From Promethearchaeota archaeon (lineage in GTDB: Archaea > Asgardarchaeota > Lokiarchaeia > Sigyniarchaeales > SOKP01): 64,000 nt of DNA. This document shows, piece after piece, positions 1-7,582 of this stretch. A model generated the notes under the pieces. That model searched no databases, was not told where the DNA came from, and saw only the letters and a program-made list of their open reading frames with translations. Location: assembly GCA_011364925.1 (NCBI GenBank), contig RDOA01000008.1, forward strand, positions 1 to 64,000. Direction: 5' to 3'. Position numbers and translations under genes: made by a program. How positions within the stretch are numbered: position 1 is the first letter of the stretch; every line of letters starts with the position of its first letter.

Positions 1-1302
1 TATTATTCCTTTTGGCCTATATTCGTCGAATTTTTCAGCTTTCTTAAAACTTTCATCTGCTATTGCGATCATTTCCTTTAAAAAGTCGGTTTCTTGTCTC
101 ATTAAGTCCATGAATTCATTATAATCAGTAGTTGACATTTTCATATTTTCCCATAGTGTTCTCGCATCTTTCGGCCCTAATTCCATGTAATAAGTAGTAG
201 TTACTTCTTCATAACTCTTTTTAGTTTTATATATTTCCACTCGTTTGTTTTCCACTAATTTGGCTAAATCACGTAATTGGGTGTAGAGTTCATCTTTCTT
301 CTTTTTATTAGATTCATTGTTTATTTTGATGCTCAGTTCAATACTTTCAGCTAACAATTTTTTCAACTCTGCTAACTTTTCCTCTCTTGGGACAAGGTCT
401 CGTTCAATTTCTTTTATTAAATCGAGCTTCCGTTGATTGTAATATTTCTTCTCTTCTTCAGTGAGCTCACTTTCTTCTAATTGTTTAATAATATCAGTAA
501 GTTCCACAAACAAGGATTCCGATTGCGCATATTCCCGAGCAAATTTTTCATTGAGAGAGGCTCGAATATCTGGGGGTTTTTTAAGCAGCGCAAGAGAATC
601 AGGTTTTACCTCAACGAGTTTTTCTCTCAATTTAACCCATTGTGGACTATATTCTACCGCTTTTTCAAAACATTCGATAGCTTTTTTCGAATTATTTAGG
701 TTTTCATAGATTAATCCTAAGTCAAACCACGCGTAACTGTGTTTTGGGTTAACATCTAAAGATCTTTCAAAATATGCTATAGCTTTTTCGTATTGTCCCA
801 TTTCTTTATACGCTAAGCCAAGACTATGCAAATGGTGTTCACTTTTGGGGTTAATGTTTGAAGCATTCTTACTAAATTTAATTGCTTCTTCGTAATTACC
901 GAGTCTAATGTTAATTTCACCGATTAGATTTAAAATATGTTCGTCAGTTGGATATTTTACTAAATCTTTTTCCAATAATTTAAGTCCTTTTTTATAATAT
1001 TTGGTTGCTTTGCTTCCTTTCGCCAGTTTAGAATAAGCATCACCTACACATGCATAAATCGGACCATATTTAGGGTGTAACTCTAGAGCAGTTGTTCCAA
1101 GCTTGATCATTTCTTCCCATTTTCCTAAATGCGATAGAGATTCCAATAACACACCCCAGCTAATGCTAACATTTGGTTCTAAATTTGTTAATTTAGTAAA
1201 TACTTTCACTGCCCCTTTAAAATCCCCCATCATGTAAGCTTTGGTACCGATAGCATATCCTTCTAAATGAGCAGACGATTTTGGAAATTCGTTCTTCCAC
1301 AT
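1..1302 (-). CDS. TPR-repeat protein with C-terminal coiled-coil region (runs off the window edge; not in the ORF track)
   Basis: Manual translation from ATG at 1302: MWKNEFPKSS...LHSLGLAYKEMGQYEKAIAYFERSLDVNPKHSYAWFDLGLIYENL...; several TPR motifs; frame open to position 1. Confidence 0.85.
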   Translation of the reverse strand, partial: MWKNEFPKSSAHLEGYAIGTKAYMMGDFKGAVKVFTKLTNLEPNVSISWGVLLESLSHLGKWEEMIKLGTTALELHPKYGPIYACVGDAYSKLAKGSKATKYYKKGLKLLEKDLVKYPTDEHILNLIGEINIRLGNYEEAIKFSKNASNINPKSEHHLHSLGLAYKEMGQYEKAIAYFERSLDVNPKHSYAWFDLGLIYENLNNSKKAIECFEKAVEYSPQWVKLREKLVEVKPDSLALLKKPPDIRASLNEKFAREYAQSESLFVELTDIIKQLEESELTEEEKKYYNQRKLDLIKEIERDLVPREEKLAELKKLLAESIELSIKINNESNKKKKDELYTQLRDLAKLVENKRVEIYKTKKSYEEVTTTYYMELGPKDARTLWENMKMSTTDYNEFMDLMRQETDFLKEMIAIADESFKKAEKFDEYRPKGII

Positions 1303-1403
1303 TTTCAATTCATATAATATATAAAGATAAGAAGTAATAAAGTTCAGCTTTTTCAATCTTACTTTTTTTTTATCAAATTAAAATGGTGCCAGATAACAAT
1401 ATT

Positions 1404-1521
1404 CCGTGTGAGCGAGACGAGCGCACCCGTAGAAGACGGGTTTGGTGAGGTGGGGGTGTACGTGCTAAAGGCTTGAATGTGTCGAGGTGGATGATATTCG
1501 TTTCGAGATTGAAAGAAGGAA
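1404..1521 (+). repeat. Intergenic repeat family copy R1 (subtype A, 92-bp internal deletion)
   Basis: 1404-1465 matches 6887-6948; it then joins TAAAGGCTTGAATG...TTTCGAGATTGAAAG. Confidence 0.9.
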
Positions 1522-1606
1522 TGCGTGTGACAAAGTTATTGAAATTAACCCGAAGTACGAAAAAGCATTGGAATTAAGAGAAAAACTACTCAAAAATCGG
1601 ATTTAA
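1520..1606 (+). pseudogene. Orphan 3' fragment of a TPR gene fused to the end of repeat R1
   Basis: Reads NACDKVIEINPKYEKALELREKLLKNRI*, like the last TPR and capping helix of 1738..3945 (ALKLKPNFQDAIEVREQIL). Confidence 0.6.
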
Positions 1607-1737
1607 GATTATTTGAAGGTTTACTTGTTTTACAATACCGGTGAGAGCAAATCTTTTGAGCAACAATTATAACTGGAATTAGGTTATATAAATAATAAGA
1701 GCAAAAAATTTGACAATTTAGGAATCAGAAGATCAAG

Positions 1738-3945
1738 ATGCAAGAAATTTTTAATAAAACTACACCTAAAGTTCAAACTGAGAAGTTTAAAGAAAAAGAT
1801 TTGGTTAACTTATTTGAATACCACAAAGTTTCGGGCTCTGGAGTTCAGACAGATCCATACATAATTGAAAGTAGTGATGTTTTTCCTAAGGTTGATATAA
1901 TAGCAATTAAAAAATCAAATCTTTATATTCAATTTAGGAATCACGATTTAAGATCAATTAAATTTAAAAGATCATCAAATATAACAATTAAAAATTGTAA
2001 TTCTTCGAATCTGCAACTTCTTAATTGTTCTGAAGTAAAAATTTTCGATTCCACTTTCGATTTGCTAGAGATAAATAATTCCGTCAAAATTTCTATCCAT
2101 AATTCCAAGATTTCTTATCTGAAACTATTCAATTCCTTTCTAAACGAATTTGATAATTGTTCAATTAAAAGAATAGATAAACACCATAGCCCTGATAACA
2201 CCTTAAATATAGAAGGACAACTGGAAGATAAAGATAGAAAAAGTAATATATTCCAAAATAATGTCCCCTCGATAATAATCCTGTTTTTAGTATTACTTGT
2301 TTGTGGAGATATTCTTTTTTTTTCGTTCATAACGTACACAGTAACCCCCTATACTTTAATAATCATATCGATAATAACAGCTTCTATTATAAGTTTCATG
2401 GTTATTTCTGTTAAGGAAGCAATAAATTTACAAAAAAAGCTGAAAAAATATTATAACGGAAACATAGATTTGGAGTTTAATAATGGTAAAATTATCCTCG
2501 GTTGTGGATTAATAATATTAGGTTTAGTTTTAGCAAATTTATCAATTTATATTCTTTACACTGATCCCTTATTATGGTTACAAACCGAAATTACAACGAT
2601 TTATCTTCTCTCTTTAATCACAATTGCTTCTGTTATTATAACCATCGGTATAAACTCTATATTAAGAAATATGCGTTCTTTTAGAGATCGTTTTGTTAAA
2701 AAGAAAAGTCCGGTTTATCCTCTATTTCTACTCTATAACATCTTTTATGCTCTCATTTTGAGTTTTATGTATATAAGTGCTTTCCTTTTTAATTTAAATG
2801 ATGCTTTTTTAATTATCGCTCAGTTGCTACTCGCTTATCTTGTGATAAATTTTATCATCGCAGTATTTACAAAATTTAAACTTTCTAAATCTAAAGAATC
2901 TTCGGGGGCAACAAGATCTATCCTTGGGATATTCTTAGTGGGATCAGGAGGCTTTACTTTCCCTTTACTAAATTCTCTTCTCCCTGTTTACATCTATTAC
3001 CTTGGTTTGCTTAATTTCCCTCAAATTGCTATTTACTATTTCTTACTCATGTGTTCATCAGTTATTCTAGCTCTCTTCGGAATAATTTCCTTCCCTAAAA
3101 CTTCAAAATTTTTATCTGCTGTTCAATATAGCAAAAAGGAAAAGTATACTAAATCAATCAAATCCTTTCGATCTGCATTACGAACTGAACCATATAACGA
3201 AATTGGATTGTATAATTTAGGAATGACATATTACAAGAATGAGGAATATGCTAAATCAGTTGAAACTCTAAAGAAAGTTTTGACAATAAACCAAAACTCG
3301 ATACGTACCTTGATCGGTTTAGGATACGCTTTCACTGAGTTAGGAGATTTTGAATCTGCTATTAATTCTTGCGAAAAAGCGATCCATCTAATTAAAAATC
3401 CAGTTATATCAGTCTCAACTAAACTAAGCGATATAATTAAACAAACTTTCGCTCAACCAATTAAGGAGGAATCAGCGTGGCAAGCTTTAAGCTATGTATA
3501 TTCAGTTCAAAACAATTACGAGAAAGTAGTGGAAACAGCGAAGAAGGCGTTAAAGTTAAATCCTAGATATAAAGAAGCGTTGCTCTCTCTTGCATATGGT
3601 TATACTTATTTAGGTGAATATGATAAAGCAATTGAAGCTTGTAATAGTGCTCTAGATTTAGATTCTCGTTTTGGTTATACTTGGCATCACCTTGGAAGAG
3701 CTTATCACTTAAAAGGTGACCTAGACTTAGCATTTCAGATGTTTGAAAAAGCTGTTAAATTGTCTCCTAACGAACATAGAATTCGATTAAATCTTGCTAA
3801 ATTATTCTTAGATAAAAAAGAGTATTCTAGAGCCCTCGAAGAAATTGACATAGCTCTAAAACTTAAGCCAAATTTCCAAGATGCTATTGAGGTTAGAGAA
3901 CAAATTCTAACATTGATAAATGAAGACGACAATGTAAATAATTAA
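1738..3945 (+). CDS. Multi-pass membrane protein with N-terminal beta-helix-like repeats and C-terminal TPR array
   Basis: GSGVQTDPYII plus beta-helix-like repeats, ~8 hydrophobic segments, ~7 TPRs. Confidence 0.85.
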   Translation: MQEIFNKTTPKVQTEKFKEKDLVNLFEYHKVSGSGVQTDPYIIESSDVFPKVDIIAIKKSNLYIQFRNHDLRSIKFKRSSNITIKNCNSSNLQLLNCSEVKIFDSTFDLLEINNSVKISIHNSKISYLKLFNSFLNEFDNCSIKRIDKHHSPDNTLNIEGQLEDKDRKSNIFQNNVPSIIILFLVLLVCGDILFFSFITYTVTPYTLIIISIITASIISFMVISVKEAINLQKKLKKYYNGNIDLEFNNGKIILGCGLIILGLVLANLSIYILYTDPLLWLQTEITTIYLLSLITIASVIITIGINSILRNMRSFRDRFVKKKSPVYPLFLLYNIFYALILSFMYISAFLFNLNDAFLIIAQLLLAYLVINFIIAVFTKFKLSKSKESSGATRSILGIFLVGSGGFTFPLLNSLLPVYIYYLGLLNFPQIAIYYFLLMCSSVILALFGIISFPKTSKFLSAVQYSKKEKYTKSIKSFRSALRTEPYNEIGLYNLGMTYYKNEEYAKSVETLKKVLTINQNSIRTLIGLGYAFTELGDFESAINSCEKAIHLIKNPVISVSTKLSDIIKQTFAQPIKEESAWQALSYVYSVQNNYEKVVETAKKALKLNPRYKEALLSLAYGYTYLGEYDKAIEACNSALDLDSRFGYTWHHLGRAYHLKGDLDLAFQMFEKAVKLSPNEHRIRLNLAKLFLDKKEYSRALEEIDIALKLKPNFQDAIEVREQILTLINEDDNVNN

Positions 3946-3954
3946 TGTAATTTA

Positions 3955-4108
3955 TCGGGCAAAGTATTCAGCCTACCATTCTCAAACGCGCGAGTGTGTG
4001 GCACTCGAAAGAGGAGTTCGAGGTTCAGGCTTAGGGTGAGAGAGGTTTGTGTAAGTTTTAGACGATAAACATCTCGAGATTGAAATGATGAGGGGGTGAG
4101 TTCCTGAA
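3955..4108 (+). repeat. Repeat copy R2 (subtype B)
   Basis: Shares a perfect 48-mer TCTCAAACGC...GAGGTTCA with R3 and R5; starts 10 nt after the 3945 stop. Confidence 0.95.
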
Positions 4109-4118
4109 TGGGGGTTTG

Positions 4119-4877
4119 CTAATTCCAAATCTCATACCAAATAGCCATAAGTAGAAGCGGAGCAAAAAAACCTATAAGGGCTCCCCAGCCTATAAATTCA
4201 GGATTGATCGCCCAGCCTATCAACAATCCAATAAAACAAGTCACAAAGGATACAACAAGAAAAACGATTAAATTGCTTCCTGTTGAGGATATTTTCACTT
4301 GATCTGATTCTTGCTCCTTTCTATATACAAGTTTAAAGTCAGTGTTATCCGCGATTTGATATAGCTTTGGGTCTATATTTTTTTGATTCCTTTGTTCTTC
4401 GGTCATCTTGCGCAGTTTTTTCTTTTTTTTAATGACTTTAGAAAAATCAGAGTAGATGGGATTTTTTCCGAAGGCCATCGTTCTAAGCCAACGCTTATTG
4501 TCAAAGCTTTCAATCTCGTTAATTTGACATTTATATAAGTCGATCCATGCTAAATTTACAAGAGCATCGAGTCCTTTGAGTGTATGAATTGGATTTTTGT
4601 TGAGGACCAGGATTATCAAGTGCGTGAGATTTTCGAGATTTTTAATCTCGCTAATAGAATTATTAGCGAGTATTAGAACTTTTAGATTCTGTAGTGCTTC
4701 TAAACCTTCAATTTCAGATATTTGGTTATTGCTAAGGTTTAACACTTCCAGATTTTGTAAATCTTCGAGTCCCTCTATCGATGAGATTTGCGTAATTTTT
4801 TTCCCGGAAAGATTGAGGGTTAGTTGACCTTTTCTTCTTTTTGTTTTATACGTTTTATTTTGATAAATTACGGACAT
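4119..4877 (-). CDS. Leucine-rich repeat (SDS22-like) protein with C-terminal TM helices
   Basis: LEVLNLSNNQISEIEGLE repeats; paralog of 14125..14817. Confidence 0.9.
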   Translation of the reverse strand: MSVIYQNKTYKTKRRKGQLTLNLSGKKITQISSIEGLEDLQNLEVLNLSNNQISEIEGLEALQNLKVLILANNSISEIKNLENLTHLIILVLNKNPIHTLKGLDALVNLAWIDLYKCQINEIESFDNKRWLRTMAFGKNPIYSDFSKVIKKKKKLRKMTEEQRNQKNIDPKLYQIADNTDFKLVYRKEQESDQVKISSTGSNLIVFLVVSFVTCFIGLLIGWAINPEFIGWGALIGFFAPLLLMAIWYEIWN

Positions 4878-5030
4878 ATATTTTTATCGTCGATATTGCA
4901 TATAAAAGTTTTTCTGCTTTTTACTAGTTAAATCTATGTATTTGCTGGTAAATTCCATTTATAGTTTTTTTACGGAACGCTCATGGAAGTTCCGAATCAT
5001 TATGGCAGTATAGATCTATAAATAGGTACA

Positions 5031-5189
5031 GAGCTTTCGGGCGAGGTATTCAGCCTGCCACTCTCAAACGCGCGAGTGTGTGGCACTCGAAAGAGGAGTT
5101 CGAGGTTCAAACTTAGGGTGATAAAGGCTTGAATGTGTGAGCGGTGGACGATAAGTGTTTCGAAATTGAAAAAGGGAGTGTGTTCCGGA
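5031..5189 (+). repeat. Repeat copy R3 (subtype A)
   Basis: 5034-5153 differs from R5 at 5 of 120 nt; ends GGGAGTGTGTTCCGGA followed by a T-tract. Confidence 0.95.
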
Positions 5190-5335
5190 TTACTATTTTT
5201 TTTTATAATTTAGTGAAGGTTAATAATTTAGCGTTCTAATTTTATATTGATTAAGTGGCATAAAGTAGGTTTATTTAGAGGTGCATTTACATATTTAAGA
5301 AATCCCTTGGGTGGTGGCTTATCTTTGTAGGGATC

Positions 5336-5653
5336 ATGTTGTTAATCATAAGTAGCCTAATTTACGACCTATTAATATTTGTTTGGGAGATTTTTATAGA
5401 ATTTTATTGGGTTGTAATTTTGTTATCTGGGGTGGGTATTGGTAGTCTGGTTATAGGTGGGATAAAGCTGCAATATAACGCACCAAGCTGGATTGTGTTA
5501 ATCGGTGTAATACTAATTTTTATTTCGTTAATTTTAGCATCGCTTTTTATGAGTTTAGGAGGTATTTTATTGAGTTATGTATCGATACCGATGATACTTG
5601 TTGTTATAGGGCTTGTATGTATAGTAGTGGCAGGATTAATCAGAGAAAAATGA
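5336..5653 (+). CDS. Small hydrophobic membrane protein (true start may be slightly upstream)
   Basis: 3-4 TM segments; only gene between R3 and R4. Confidence 0.7.
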   Translation: MLLIISSLIYDLLIFVWEIFIEFYWVVILLSGVGIGSLVIGGIKLQYNAPSWIVLIGVILIFISLILASLFMSLGGILLSYVSIPMILVVIGLVCIVVAGLIREK

Positions 5654-5669
5654 ATTCTAGTTTAAATTA

Positions 5670-5735
5670 GTGAGGGTTTGTGTAAGTTTTGACGATACAG
5701 TTTCGAGATTGAATGTGGAGCGTTGTGTTCCGGAA
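5670..5735 (+). repeat. Repeat copy R4 (subtype B, short)
   Basis: GAGGGTTTGTGTAAGTTTTGACGATACAGTTTCGAGATTGAA...GTGTTCCGGAA. Confidence 0.9.
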
Positions 5736-5841
5736 CTTTATTCTCTTTCATTTTATATGTACCAATTAGTAATCAAAGCAAAATTATTTATTTCTAGATT
5801 GGTTAATATTATCTGAAATTTGTAGAGGAAGTGATGATTCA

Positions 5842-6309
5842 ATGATTTTGAGTGGAATCATTGGCACGATACTCTGGATTAGGTCTAGGCGTTGGTTCAA
5901 AGGCTATAAATCTCCATATCGGTTGTTAATTAGAATAATAATCCAGTTATGTATAGTTGGGCTAATTTCCATACTTTCGGCTACCATAGTCTTTTCTATT
6001 CCGCGTTCTTATGGAGATTATACGATATTTCTACCGTTATCTTATCCTTTCTTGGTGGCTTGGAATATCGATGGGTTGCTTCCTGTGTGGCCTCCTTATC
6101 AATATTATTCCATATCTGTATTTTTTATTCCAATTAAAGGGGGATTATTGAACTCAGAATATGGTTCATTTTCTGCTATCCTAGGGGAAATATTTTTCCA
6201 AAGTATGCCGCTTTTTCTGCTAACGAATATGGTCTTAACAGGGATTCTCCTTCTTCTAAGCGAATTACGGATTTTTCGTTTTAATATTAGTTCTAAATCT
6301 ATTCTATAA
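5842..6309 (+). CDS. Membrane protein, tandem paralog 1
   Basis: 45 of the first 50 aa identical to 6346..6786. Confidence 0.85.
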   Translation: MILSGIIGTILWIRSRRWFKGYKSPYRLLIRIIIQLCIVGLISILSATIVFSIPRSYGDYTIFLPLSYPFLVAWNIDGLLPVWPPYQYYSISVFFIPIKGGLLNSEYGSFSAILGEIFFQSMPLFLLTNMVLTGILLLLSELRIFRFNISSKSIL

Positions 6310-6345
6310 GTAAACAAAATTTTAAAAAAGGAAATGTATTAAAAA

Positions 6346-6786
6346 ATGATTTTATGTGGAATCTTGGGCACAATAATTTGGATTAGGTCGAGGCGCTGGT
6401 TCAAAGGTTATAAATATCTGTATCGGTTATTAATCAGAATAATAATCCAGTTATGTATAGTTGGGCTGATTTCTATACTTTCCGCTACCATCGTCTCTCC
6501 TCCGCGTTTATATGGTGAAATCTCAATTTTTTTACCCTTATCTTATCCAGTATTGCTACAATGGGGTATTTCTGGATATATGGTGTACCCTCCTATTCAT
6601 TATTACACAATAAGCGTGTTAGGTATTGATTTTACAGGTGGGGCGTTAGAATTTGGTGCTTCCGCTTACATTCAAGGGCAAATTTTTATGTATAGTATAC
6701 CGTTATTACTATTACTCAATCTGGTCTTTACAGGAGTTCTACTTCTTCTTAGTGAATTATGGAAGGTTTTTTTTTCTAAGAAGTAG
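6346..6786 (+). CDS. Membrane protein, tandem paralog 2
   Basis: Paralog of 5842..6309. Confidence 0.85.
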   Translation: MILCGILGTIIWIRSRRWFKGYKYLYRLLIRIIIQLCIVGLISILSATIVSPPRLYGEISIFLPLSYPVLLQWGISGYMVYPPIHYYTISVLGIDFTGGALEFGASAYIQGQIFMYSIPLLLLLNLVFTGVLLLLSELWKVFFSKK

Positions 6787-6860
6787 TTTAGTTTCTGAGC
6801 GTAAAAGAGTAAATTAATGAACTCCTGATAAATGAAGGTGCAGACATTATTCTCTTGATA

Positions 6861-7121
6861 AGTGCGAGCGAATGTGGTGAGGTGAACCGTGGGAGCGAGA
6901 CGAGCGCACCCGTAGAAGACGGGTTTGGTGAGGTGGGGGTGTAAGTGCCGAACTTTCGGGCGAGGTATCCAGCCTGCCACTCTCAAACGCGCGAGTGTGT
7001 GGCACTCGAAAGAGGAGTTCGAGGTTCAGGCTTAGGGTGATAAAGGCTTGAATGTATGAGCGGTTGACGATATAATGATTCGAGATTGAGAGGAGGGAGT
7101 GTGTTCCGGAGTTTCTACTCC
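6861..7121 (+). repeat. Repeat copy R5, the longest copy (subtype A); candidate structured ncRNA or non-autonomous element
   Basis: Contains all modules seen in the other copies; multiple hairpins; GC-rich against the AT-rich background; T-tract follows. Confidence 0.95.
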
Positions 7122-7231
7122 ATCTTCTTTTTTATTAAGCAATTTTATTTACTAGGGGTAATTTACTATGTAAAGTTTTAATTTCATATTTTCACAGAAC
7201 ATTCAAAATGTAGAATCAAGAGGGAGGAGAG

Positions 7232-7402
7232 ATGAGTGAGGAAGAGATGGATAAGGTTATAAGGCTGCTTATTGACGAAGTTGCTAAGTTAAAGGACGAG
7301 CATGCCAAATGGAAAGTTATAATCGAAATAATATTTTTAGTTTCGGTTTCGAGTCTGATAATTTCTATTGTCGTATGGCTTGATTTTTTAGGAATAATAT
7401 GA
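7232..7402 (+). CDS. 56-aa helical protein with C-terminal TM segment (not in the ORF track)
   Basis: GGAGG RBS; MSEEEMDKVIRLLIDEVAKLKDEHAKWKVIIEIIFLVSVSSLIISIVVWLDFLGII*; only ORF between R5 and R6. Confidence 0.7.
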   Translation: MSEEEMDKVIRLLIDEVAKLKDEHAKWKVIIEIIFLVSVSSLIISIVVWLDFLGII

Positions 7403-7410
7403 GAAACTCA

Positions 7411-7461
7411 GTTGGCAGACGATATTAGTTTCGAGATTGAAAAAGGGAGTGTATTCCGGAA
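7411..7461 (+). repeat. Repeat copy R6 (3' module only)
   Basis: GACGATATTAGTTTCGAGATTGAAAAAGGGAGTGTATTCCGGAA followed by a T-tract. Confidence 0.9.
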
Positions 7462-7582
7462 TTTACTTTTTTTTACTAATGGATTGATCCAAAAGAGTGA
7501 AAGAGACAGTTTTAACCACCAATACATTTTTTGTACAAAACTGTAATTTTATATAGTCAAACTATTACCATATTATTGAATT

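Noticed and set aside
5842-6786. DGR template/variable repeat pair
   Set aside because: Differences are not adenine-specific and include indels, both copies are full ORFs, and no reverse transcriptase is present.
6884-6940. Group II intron domain V/VI resemblance (GAACCGT...ACGGGTTTGGTGAGG; also CTACTCCAT at ~7115)
   Set aside because: No AGC/CGC triad in a proper ~34-nt D5 hairpin, and the element continues far past the putative D6. Worth an Infernal check but not supportable by eye.
6672-6986. ORFs overlapping repeats (6672..6986 -, 15845..16054 +, 15850..16095 -, 15107..15322 +)
   Set aside because: They are translations of the non-coding repeat; the frames are not preserved between copies.
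6923-6988. Classical integron attC site
   Set aside because: The hairpin runs GTT...AAC, the reverse of the attC order (AAC...GTT); it is missing from most copies; no IntI in the window.
7013-7024. AGGAGTTCGAGG resembles a tRNA T-loop or 7SL/Alu B-box
   Set aside because: Only 12 nt; no cloverleaf or SRP helix-8 motif around it.
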